A stretch of 64,000 bases of DNA, from contig CAYMVI010000002.1 in assembly GCA_964394075.1 (NCBI GenBank), positions 95,234 to 159,233 of the forward strand, in the 5' to 3' direction. Position 1 is the stretch's first letter; every line of letters starts with the position of its first letter. The notes beneath the pieces are model-generated. The model did no database searches. It saw nothing but the letters and a program-made list of their open reading frames with translations, and was not told where the DNA came from. Positions 55,981-64,000 of this stretch are shown here, in pieces. This stretch comes from an uncultured Eubacteriales bacterium (GTDB lineage: Bacteria > Bacillota > Clostridia > TANB77 > UBA1234). The position numbers and the translations under genes were made by a program.

Positions 55981-56236
55981 ATTAGCATCCCTCCAAATTA
56001 TTCTAATGGCATCTTATCATAAATACTTCAAAATCTCAATCGCATCTCTCCGTAGCTTTTGGCAATTTATGTAAATGGCCACAAAATATTCGTATCATAT
56101 TGCAAAAGTTTTTTAATATTTATATAATAGCGGTGTATCCATAAAACTTCTTGTTTCATATTTATGAAGCTAAAAATCTTTCTACTTTAGCCGATTGTCT
56201 CGAGTCAGGTTTTATGGAAAGAAAGGGGAAAATCTT

Positions 56237-57580
56237 ATGAAAACGTTTCTAAAAAATTACAAGCAAACGTTAATTTTGTTAGCGGCTATAATTATAGGTG
56301 CTATCGCGGGGTTAATCTTAGGAGAGAAAGCCACAGTACTTAGTCCACTAGGTGATCTATTCATCAACCTAATGTTCATTATTATTGTGCCACTTGTATT
56401 TCTTACGATTTCAACTTCTATTTCAAAAATTACCCAACCAAAAAGAGTTGGAAAGATACTAGGTACAATTGTACTTGTATTCGTAGTAACATCTTTAATT
56501 TCTGTACTTATTGGTTTAGCATTTGCTTATCCTATTTCACTTGTTGATGCAGGTGACAAACAAATGCTTATTGATAGTTTAGGTGCAGAACCTGAAGGTG
56601 AAGCAGAAGAAATTTCTATTTTAGATAGAACTGTTTCTGTACTTACAGTTAGCGATTTTTCAGGACTATTCTCAAAAAATAACATTGTTGCAATCATCGT
56701 ATTTGCTTTGTTATTTGGTTGTGCGATTAGAATGGCTGGTGAAAAAGGAAAAAGAACGCAAGAGCTTTTAGAATCATTAACAGAAGTAATCATGTCTGTT
56801 CTTAAACTTGTAATGTACTATGCCCCAATTGGTCTTGGTTGTTATTTTGCAGCGCTAATTGGTACATTTGGTGCATCAATCGCAGTTGGTTATCTAAAAA
56901 CTTTTGTGATCTACACAATAGCTTGCTTAATTGGCTACTTTGGTGTTTATACACTTTATGCATTTATTGCTGCAGGAAAAACTGGTGTAAAAAGATATTG
57001 GTCTTCAATTATCCCAGCAACAGTTACAGCTCTTGCAACATGCTCTAGTGCTGCATCAATCCCAGTTAACTTAGAAGCAGCTAAGAAAATCGGTGTATCA
57101 GATGATATTGCCGAAACAATCATTCCTCTTGGAACAAGTTTTCACAAAGACGGATCAATCATTGGTTCTGTATTTAAAGCAATGTTCTTAGTATATTTAT
57201 TTGGACTTGATATGATGAACCCAGTAGGATTCTTTAAGATTCTTTTAATATCTGTATTTGCAACATTACTTGTTACAGCAGTTCCAATCGGTGGTGGTAC
57301 AATTTCCGAAACATTAATTATAACAATGTTAGGATGTCCATTATCAGCATTACCAATACTTACTATCATAGCAACTATTATCGATGCTCCAGCCACAGTA
57401 CTTAACGTAGTTGGCGACTCAGCATCATCAATGCTTGCAGCAAGAATTATTGACGGTAAAGACTGGATAAAAAATGATGCGCAAACAGAAAATAATGAAC
57501 CAGAAGAATCTGTATCTCAACAAAAGAATATTGAGGTATTATCTAACAAGTTAAAAAAGAAACATAAAAATAAAACTTAA
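56237..57580 (+). CDS. Dicarboxylate/amino acid:cation symporter (DAACS/GltP family).
   Basis: About 8-10 TM helices. GltP-family composition. RBS AAAGGGGAAAATCTTATG. The longest ORF starts at 56195. Confidence 0.75.
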   Translation: MKTFLKNYKQTLILLAAIIIGAIAGLILGEKATVLSPLGDLFINLMFIIIVPLVFLTISTSISKITQPKRVGKILGTIVLVFVVTSLISVLIGLAFAYPISLVDAGDKQMLIDSLGAEPEGEAEEISILDRTVSVLTVSDFSGLFSKNNIVAIIVFALLFGCAIRMAGEKGKRTQELLESLTEVIMSVLKLVMYYAPIGLGCYFAALIGTFGASIAVGYLKTFVIYTIACLIGYFGVYTLYAFIAAGKTGVKRYWSSIIPATVTALATCSSAASIPVNLEAAKKIGVSDDIAETIIPLGTSFHKDGSIIGSVFKAMFLVYLFGLDMMNPVGFFKILLISVFATLLVTAVPIGGGTISETLIITMLGCPLSALPILTIIATIIDAPATVLNVVGDSASSMLAARIIDGKDWIKNDAQTENNEPEESVSQQKNIEVLSNKLKKKHKNKT

Positions 57581-57593
57581 TTTTTACAATTAA

Positions 57594-57632
57594 AATAAAA
57601 AAGCACTCCATTTCGGAGTGCTTTTTTATTTT
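57594..57632. terminator. Bidirectional rho-independent terminator.
   Basis: AAAAGCACTCC-ATTTC-GGAGTGCTTTTTTATTTTT. Confidence 0.6.
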
Positions 57633-57636
57633 TCAA

Positions 57637-58260
57637 TTACATTGTTTCTTCTTGAGGTTGAGCTATTTTAAATTCAAATAAAGCTTTTTCACTTGAATTG
57701 TTGTGCGAAACAGTTACTCTGTGACCCAATTCACAAACAGCTTTATACATAACATTTGCTTCTGTTATTGTTATTGGATATTTATAATCTTTTTTTAATT
57801 CTTTTAAATATGCTTCAGTCTCTTTTAGACTAACATTTTTAAGGAATATTCTAAATACATCATCTTCATATTCAAAATATTCTATCTTTTTACTATCTGG
57901 CATTGGGATTGTTTTTAGGAATTCATAATCATCTAATACTAAGTGTGTTCTTAATGTCTCTGTTGCATCTTCATGTTTAATATGAAGTCCTTTCTCATCA
58001 AAATAACATCCATCTTTACCGTATATAATATACGCTTCTTCTTCTTCCTCTTCAGTCGGATTAGTATAATCTCTAGCTATTCCATCTTCTTCTACTTCAG
58101 AAATATCAAAAGGTACTTCAGTAGGAACATCTTGATGTTCTTTAAAATTTTGTTGTTGTGTTTCTAAATTTTCTTTTTTATCACAATTAGTTACAACTAA
58201 AATTATAAAAAGTATTACAACAATTAGAATTGCTAAACGTTTTAGTTTTTCATAATTCAT
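57637..58260 (-). CDS. Lipoprotein (207 aa).
   Basis: Signal peptide with lipobox LVVTNC. Acidic mature domain. Confidence 0.5.
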   Translation of the reverse strand: MNYEKLKRLAILIVVILFIILVVTNCDKKENLETQQQNFKEHQDVPTEVPFDISEVEEDGIARDYTNPTEEEEEEAYIIYGKDGCYFDEKGLHIKHEDATETLRTHLVLDDYEFLKTIPMPDSKKIEYFEYEDDVFRIFLKNVSLKETEAYLKELKKDYKYPITITEANVMYKAVCELGHRVTVSHNNSSEKALFEFKIAQPQEETM

Positions 58261-58273
58261 ATTCTAATCCTCC

Positions 58274-60310
58274 TTAGTAATTATTACCGTTTTGATTTGC
58301 TTCAGGCGGCGGTGTTATTTCACCGAAATCATCCATGTCTTTTTCTTGATACATAGATCTTTCTATAAAAATCTGTTCTAATGTCTTTTTCATTTCTTCG
58401 TCAATACCTTCAAACCACTCATCAAATCCAACTTTGTTATCTCTTCCATACAAACCTTTTCTCATTGAATCTAGAATTGTTCTAGTTGTTGGTGATAATT
58501 GCATAGCTGATATTGCTTCTAACATTTCTGGTGTAAGCTCTGATAATTCCTTAACAGATTTTATTGCTTGACATCCTGTCGCAATAAACATTGCTGTTAC
58601 TCCTGGTTTTGCACGTCTTCTCATTCCCATTTTTTTATACATGTCTTTTTCATCTTGTCTTTTTTGATTTGCTTCATTGTCTAAAGCATGTCCGTGCTCA
58701 ATTCCTCTATCTGCAACTTCTGTTTCAGATACCTCAACATCTCCACCATCAGTTGTTATATCCAAAGCCGGTAATGATGATCCTCCTACATAGAACGAAT
58801 CAGATGTATCATTATCCTGTTCTATAGAAGTTTTTCTCACTACTACTATTCCTTCTATATTGTATGACGTCGATCTAGACAATACATCAGCAACATCATC
58901 TATCATTACGCCTCGTTCATCAAATAGTTCAAGTTCATTTACTGTTCTGCCACTTGAATCTACTTCAACTCCCATACCCTTTAAGATTCCTTCTTCAGAG
59001 TATAGTAAATTTCTAGATTTAATTTTACTATTTTCTCTATCTAAAGCCACTGTTTTTTGTGTTTCTCTTAAATTATCAATTGCGCCCTCTAACTCAACTT
59101 GATGTCCTTGAGCTCTCGCATTAAAATCATGTTCTAATTTTGACATTCTCGCATAAACATCTGCAATACCTCTTTTTAATCCTTCTACTTCATGTGGTCT
59201 TCCTTGTTCTATTGCTCTTAGCATTGCTATTTTCATCGTTGCTATTTCCATTTGCATTTTGTATTTTTGTGACGCATAAATTGCAGCATCCATATCCATC
59301 GCATCTTTAGCAACTTCTAAATCTCTACGTGCAGCTAACACCTTTTGAGCTTTAACATCTCTTTCTAAAAGTTCTTCTTTCATTGCATTAATTTCTCTTA
59401 ATAACGCAGGTCTACGCATAACTTCATTTGCCAAATCTCTAACACTAGGTGGGCCTTCTCTCTCTGGTTCCTTTTCTTCTCTACCTTGTGACGGATCTTG
59501 ACCACCACTTGCTGTCGCAGTAGCTTCTGATGAACCTGTTCCAATTTCATCAAACTCATCATCTTCTATAGCTCTCGGTTGTTGAGCTACTACTGTACTT
59601 CTTGGTGTTGATGTAGCAAGAGGAATGCCATCTTCTTCAATTTCTGTTTCAGGATCTTGAGCATCAATTTCAGTTCTATTTGCACCAACCGGAATTTCTT
59701 CATCTTGTTCTAATTCCATATCTTTAGCTGCGCTAACTTTTTGAGGAGCCTTTTTAGCAACTGGAGCAGGAGCCTTTTTCATTCCCAAGTCAGCCGCTAA
59801 ATCTTCAATCTCTGCTGCAACATCTTCTCCAGGTTCAGGTTCTACCGTTGAATCAATTTGCACTTCCCCAGTTGTTGGGTCAAAAGTAACACCTAATTTT
59901 GCCGCCGTTGCAGCAATGTTCTGCTCTAATTCAGCAAGTCTTGTTACAAGATATCCTTCTGAAATTATTGACTTTTCTTTTTCAACTATTAAACCAATTG
60001 GGCTAGTTGTTTGAATACCTTCGTTTAGTTTATACCACAAATCCCAATCTTCTTCAGTTGTTGGCATTTTACCTTCACCACTAGCAGGTATTGGTTGTCC
60101 ATCTGCACCAACAGGTACACCAGATCTTCTTGCACCTTCAACAAGCGAAAAATCACATTCAGGATCTTTTCCTTTCATTGCACGAAGAGCATACATTTCT
60201 TCTATACTGTATTTAGGTTGTCCAACCCATGTTACTCCAGGTCTAATATTCTTAGCCTCTTCATTCAATTCTTGCCACTCTTCAAATTCTTTTTTTACAT
60301 TGCGGCTCAT
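58274..60310 (-). CDS. Large acidic hypothetical protein (678 aa) with a coiled-coil centre and elevated GC.
   Basis: Uninterrupted ORF. GC ~40-45%. No signal peptide. No recognisable domain. Confidence 0.5.
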   Translation of the reverse strand: MSRNVKKEFEEWQELNEEAKNIRPGVTWVGQPKYSIEEMYALRAMKGKDPECDFSLVEGARRSGVPVGADGQPIPASGEGKMPTTEEDWDLWYKLNEGIQTTSPIGLIVEKEKSIISEGYLVTRLAELEQNIAATAAKLGVTFDPTTGEVQIDSTVEPEPGEDVAAEIEDLAADLGMKKAPAPVAKKAPQKVSAAKDMELEQDEEIPVGANRTEIDAQDPETEIEEDGIPLATSTPRSTVVAQQPRAIEDDEFDEIGTGSSEATATASGGQDPSQGREEKEPEREGPPSVRDLANEVMRRPALLREINAMKEELLERDVKAQKVLAARRDLEVAKDAMDMDAAIYASQKYKMQMEIATMKIAMLRAIEQGRPHEVEGLKRGIADVYARMSKLEHDFNARAQGHQVELEGAIDNLRETQKTVALDRENSKIKSRNLLYSEEGILKGMGVEVDSSGRTVNELELFDERGVMIDDVADVLSRSTSYNIEGIVVVRKTSIEQDNDTSDSFYVGGSSLPALDITTDGGDVEVSETEVADRGIEHGHALDNEANQKRQDEKDMYKKMGMRRRAKPGVTAMFIATGCQAIKSVKELSELTPEMLEAISAMQLSPTTRTILDSMRKGLYGRDNKVGFDEWFEGIDEEMKKTLEQIFIERSMYQEKDMDDFGEITPPPEANQNGNNY

Positions 60311-60326
60311 AACAAATCCCCCTTTA

Positions 60327-60923
60327 TTACAATTCGGTTCTATTTTCTAACGCCTTTGCAAGCGTTACTTCATCTACATATTCTAAATCTCCACCGATTG
60401 GAATACCGTGAGCAATTCTTGTAGTTTTAATTTCAAAAGGTTTTACCAATTTTGAAATATACATTGCTGTAGCTTCACCTTCAACATTAGGATTTGTTGC
60501 AAGTATTAATTCTTTTATTTCGCCTGTTCCTATCCTTGTCATTAGTTCTTTAAGTTTGATATCGTTTGGACCGATTCCATTCATCGGAGAAATAACACCG
60601 TTTAATACGTGATAAACGCCGTTATACTCATGAGTTTTTTCAATTTGTACTATATCTCTAACATCTTCAACCACACATACTACTTCTTTTTCTCTCTTTG
60701 GATTTGCACAAATAGGACATGGATCTACATCTGTTATATTATTACATACTGAACAATATTTTAAATTTTTTCTTGTGTCTATTACAGTGTTTGCAAATTG
60801 TTCGCACTCTTCTTCTGGTAATCGAAGCATATGAAAAGCAAGTCTAACAGCAGTTTTGTGACCAATGCTTGGCAACTTTTCAAACTCTTCAATTAGTTTT
60901 TCTATTGATGCACTAAAGCCCAT
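60327..60923 (-). CDS. recR: Recombination protein RecR.
   Basis: C4 zinc finger [16 protein letters not shown]. Toprim region. Confidence 0.9.
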   Translation of the reverse strand: MGFSASIEKLIEEFEKLPSIGHKTAVRLAFHMLRLPEEECEQFANTVIDTRKNLKYCSVCNNITDVDPCPICANPKREKEVVCVVEDVRDIVQIEKTHEYNGVYHVLNGVISPMNGIGPNDIKLKELMTRIGTGEIKELILATNPNVEGEATAMYISKLVKPFEIKTTRIAHGIPIGGDLEYVDEVTLAKALENRTEL

Positions 60924-60949
60924 CTTTTTTACCCCTTATAACTTACTTT

Positions 60950-61294
60950 TTATAGTAGTGAATCTAATCCACCTGGAATATTATATTTGCTCATTCCTTG
61001 TTCCATCAATTCATCAGCTTTTTTAATTCCTTCATTAACAGCTGTTAATATTAAATCTTCTAACATTTCAACATCATCTCTATCAACAACATCTGGATTT
61101 ATTTTAATAGCTTTGATAGTTTTCTTACCTGTCATAGTAACAACAACCGCACCACCGCCGCTAGTAACATCAAATTCTTTTTCTTCAACTTCAGCATGAC
61201 TTTTCATCATATCTGCTTGCATTTGTTTTGCTTGTTTTAATAATTGATTCATGTTTGCTCCGCCCATACCTGGGTATCCACCAAATCTTGCCAT
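60950..61294 (-). CDS. ybaB: Nucleoid-associated protein YbaB/EbfC.
   Basis: 114 aa, with conserved synteny between dnaX and recR. Confidence 0.85.
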   Translation of the reverse strand: MARFGGYPGMGGANMNQLLKQAKQMQADMMKSHAEVEEKEFDVTSGGGAVVVTMTGKKTIKAIKINPDVVDRDDVEMLEDLILTAVNEGIKKADELMEQGMSKYNIPGGLDSLL

Positions 61295-61325
61295 AATAAA
61301 AATCTTCCTTTCTTTTTATAAAAAA

Positions 61326-62723
61326 TTAAAATACATATTTAATTCTCATATCTTTTCCAAAAACTTTTTTTATAACTTCTTTTATAAGCACTTTGCTTTC
61401 ATCTTTTTGCATATATTGCTTATTCATTTCGTCTAAAGTTTTACTAAAAATTATATGAACTAAATCATCCTCTACTTTTTGAATATCTGAATTAGATAAA
61501 ATTGTATGCATTATCATTTTGTGACTTTCTTTAAGCACTGCAAGAACATCTTGTTTAATCTTGTCTTCTGCAGAAACAACTGATGAGATTTGAGGTGCAG
61601 CTGATACTTTTTCTTGAGCTACAGTTGCTACTGGTTGTACCACACTTTTTTGATACGCAAGTCTAATCAAACCAGTCTCAAAAATAACTTCTTTGTCTGT
61701 TGCCCATTTCATCTCACTTTGAAGTTTAGATAAATCAGCAATTAATTCAAGTAATTTATCTTTAGTTGCTTTCTTTAACAGTTCTTGCATTTTAGCTAAT
61801 TCTTCATCTTTGTAGATAACTAAATCTGTAGAAACTTGAAGCATTACCAGGTCTCTTACAAACTTAACAAGTTCCCAAATAAACACATCTAAATCTTTAC
61901 CTGCATTTATAACTTTTTCTGATTCCATCAAAGCTTTTTCTGCATTGTTTGAAATTAAACTTTCTGTAACTTCTAACAGATATTCAATTTCAGGTATACC
62001 TACGATTTCTTTTATTTGTTCTTCTGTAACTTTATCTGTACCAGAAGATATACATCTTTCTAAAATACTAATCGCATCTCTCATTGCTCCATCTGACATT
62101 TTAGCAATAATTTTTAATGCACTCTCTTCAATTTCAATATTTGATTCCGCACAAATTATTTTTAATCTACGAACTATATCTTCAATAGAAATTCTCTTAA
62201 AATCAAATCTTTGACATCTTGAAAGTATAGTAATTGGAAGCTTTTGTGGTTCCGTTGTTGCCAAAATAAAAATTACATGTTTAGGTGGTTCTTCTAATGT
62301 TTTTAACAAAGCATTAAAAGCTCCTGTTGAAAGCATGTGAACCTCGTCTATAATATAAACCCTATACTTAGCATTAGTTGGAATAAACTCAACTTCCTCA
62401 CGTATATCTCTTATATTATCTACACCATTGTTTGAAGCAGCATCAATTTCACTAATATCTGTTAAAGTTCCATCTAATGCGTGTTTGCAAATCTCACATT
62501 CATTGCAAGGTTCGCCATTTATAGGATTTAAACAGTTAACCGCTCTTGCTAAAATTTTAGCAGTTGTAGTTTTACCACTACCTCTACCTCCACTAAACAA
62601 GTATGCATGTGCAACTCTTGAATTTATAAGTTGATTTTTAAGAGTTTTTGTTATGTACTCTTGTCCAACCATATCTTCAAACTTTTGTGGTCTAAACTTT
62701 CTATACAAAGCAACATATGCCAT
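61326..62723 (-). CDS. dnaX: DNA polymerase III subunit gamma/tau.
   Basis: MAYVALYRKFRPQKFEDMVGQE...FSGGRGSGKTT is the AAA+ Walker A motif. Four-Cys Zn module. The longest ORF extends to 62753. Confidence 0.85.
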   Translation of the reverse strand: MAYVALYRKFRPQKFEDMVGQEYITKTLKNQLINSRVAHAYLFSGGRGSGKTTTAKILARAVNCLNPINGEPCNECEICKHALDGTLTDISEIDAASNNGVDNIRDIREEVEFIPTNAKYRVYIIDEVHMLSTGAFNALLKTLEEPPKHVIFILATTEPQKLPITILSRCQRFDFKRISIEDIVRRLKIICAESNIEIEESALKIIAKMSDGAMRDAISILERCISSGTDKVTEEQIKEIVGIPEIEYLLEVTESLISNNAEKALMESEKVINAGKDLDVFIWELVKFVRDLVMLQVSTDLVIYKDEELAKMQELLKKATKDKLLELIADLSKLQSEMKWATDKEVIFETGLIRLAYQKSVVQPVATVAQEKVSAAPQISSVVSAEDKIKQDVLAVLKESHKMIMHTILSNSDIQKVEDDLVHIIFSKTLDEMNKQYMQKDESKVLIKEVIKKVFGKDMRIKYVF

Positions 62724-62756
62724 CTTTCTACCTCCAAATATTTCAAAAAACAAAAA

Positions 62757-62883
62757 TACCGTAAAGTATACTTATATGAATGGCGTATCGCACAAAAGAA
62801 TCTACTTATTGCTGCTTCCTTCCGGACCTGACAAGGTTCATAGCCTTTCATCGCACACCATTCATATAAATACACTTTACGGT
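62757..62883 (-). ncRNA. ffs: Signal recognition particle RNA (small/4.5S-type).
   Basis: Minus strand contains the domain IV consensus GTCAGGTCCGGAAGGAAGCAGC inside a long hairpin (5' TACCGTAAAGTG.. 3' ..ACTTTACGGTA). Promoter TTGTGT-17-TATAAT immediately upstream. Conserved position upstream of dnaX. Confidence 0.7.
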
Positions 62884-62936
62884 ATGATTATATACTTTTT
62901 ATTACCTTTACACAAGGAAATATACTATTAAAATTA

Positions 62937-63941
62937 TTAAGTTTTAGCAAAGCGAGCTCTCAATTTATTCCAGATTTTTTTGATATGTGTAACTAAGTTA
63001 TTTTTATAGATTGCAACAGCAAGTTTTTCCTTTTTCTTATCCATATAATCTATGTAATATTCCTTAGCATCAAGCGGAGTAACAATTACTGCACCATCAA
63101 TGTAAAACACACCTTGTTCATCATAAGTAATTGGCAATGTGTAGCCACTTTCTTTTGATATTGTCACAACCCAATCAATCAAATCTTTATTTTTTATAGC
63201 ATTTATATATGAAGCCGCATTTGCTTCAAATTCAGCTTTTATAGCTGGATCAACCTTTTTGTTGTATATCTCGCTTATTATATCTTTTTTATTTACTGTG
63301 TTTACTACGTTTCTGTAAAAATGATACGCATCAATGATTTTTGCTTGGAAATCTGTAGCCGTTTTTTCATCATTCATGGCAATATCTGTATCAGCATAGG
63401 CAATATTACCACAGCTCATATGGAATTTGCAAGAAAAATAATTCGTAATATTGCTAATTGTAGCAAGCATCCTCTTATCTTTGCTCAATTTAAGCACATC
63501 TTCATAGTTAGCAAAAATTTCTGATTTGTCCATATTTACATTCATATAGAAATCGTTTAAATCTAGTAAACTATCATATGCTTTTCTAGCCTCTTGGATG
63601 TTATCAAATTCAACATTTATTGGGTTAATCTTGAATTTATCTTCATTTATGTGTTCTATGTATATTCCGCACTCATAAAATTTTTGAATTTTGCAGATTT
63701 CCTTTACATAATTTTTGTGTGGGATATATTTAGCTTTCATCGAGTACTTTATAGCCTCTCCTGTTATCAAATAACGATTATACGCTCTTATCAAAACATC
63801 GTTAGCATTCACAATATAGCTTTTTCCATTATCTTCAAAACACATTAAAAACATGCTTTCTGATAACTTTTCCAACAATATATCATATGCCGAAACATCT
63901 GGAGGTAACTTAGCTTTGTAGATTTGAACATACGCATCCAT
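62937..63941 (-). CDS. Hypothetical protein (at least 334 aa; N-terminus may lie beyond the window).
   Basis: ORF. The reading frame stays open upstream to the window edge. Confidence 0.4.
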   Translation of the reverse strand: MDAYVQIYKAKLPPDVSAYDILLEKLSESMFLMCFEDNGKSYIVNANDVLIRAYNRYLITGEAIKYSMKAKYIPHKNYVKEICKIQKFYECGIYIEHINEDKFKINPINVEFDNIQEARKAYDSLLDLNDFYMNVNMDKSEIFANYEDVLKLSKDKRMLATISNITNYFSCKFHMSCGNIAYADTDIAMNDEKTATDFQAKIIDAYHFYRNVVNTVNKKDIISEIYNKKVDPAIKAEFEANAASYINAIKNKDLIDWVVTISKESGYTLPITYDEQGVFYIDGAVIVTPLDAKEYYIDYMDKKKEKLAVAIYKNNLVTHIKKIWNKLRARFAKT

Positions 63942-64000
63942 CCATCTTGGTTCATCATAATTAGTGCCAAGAACAGATGTTAGCTTAGAAAAATCAAGAT

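Overview
This is a low-GC (~30%) Bacillota-type chromosomal segment with four parts. (1) Minus strand, 1-2760: the 3' half of the conserved rimP-nusA-ylxR-L7Ae-infB operon with its promoter. (2) About 2770-4850: a ~2-kb compositionally foreign island (coding GC ~45-52%) holding a two-gene operon of small Cys-containing proteins of unknown function, divergently paired with an HD-domain phosphohydrolase. It is followed by corA, a 3D-domain wall protein, a sigma-70-family factor and the tmRNA gene ssrA (7841-8194). (3) About 8241-52031: a ~43.8-kb prophage inserted just downstream of the ssrA terminator and flanked by 26-bp imperfect direct repeats. It carries the integrase, a CI-like S24 repressor and Cro at the right end, a recombination/replication module, a phage tRNA array and a T7-like podovirus-style morphogenetic module, ending in holin and an NlpC/P60 endolysin. 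The recombination/replication module comprises ERF, DUF1351, SSB, a bS6 ribosomal-protein-like fusion, two HNH endonucleases, an iteron-containing replisome organizer and a T1-type Dam methylase. The morphogenetic module comprises TerS, TerL, portal, scaffold, capsid, fibers, tubular-protein-like genes and a 2835-aa giant polyvalent/ejection-type protein with two HExxH zincin motifs. (4) 52.3-64 kb: housekeeping genes (PgeF/YfiH, truA, an MBL hydrolase, a DAACS symporter, a lipoprotein plus a 678-aa acidic protein, recR-ybaB-dnaX, SRP RNA). The most unusual items are the phage bS6-like fusion next to ssb, the giant polyvalent protein, the GC-rich three-gene island, and the phage tRNA array containing two degenerate tRNA-like elements.
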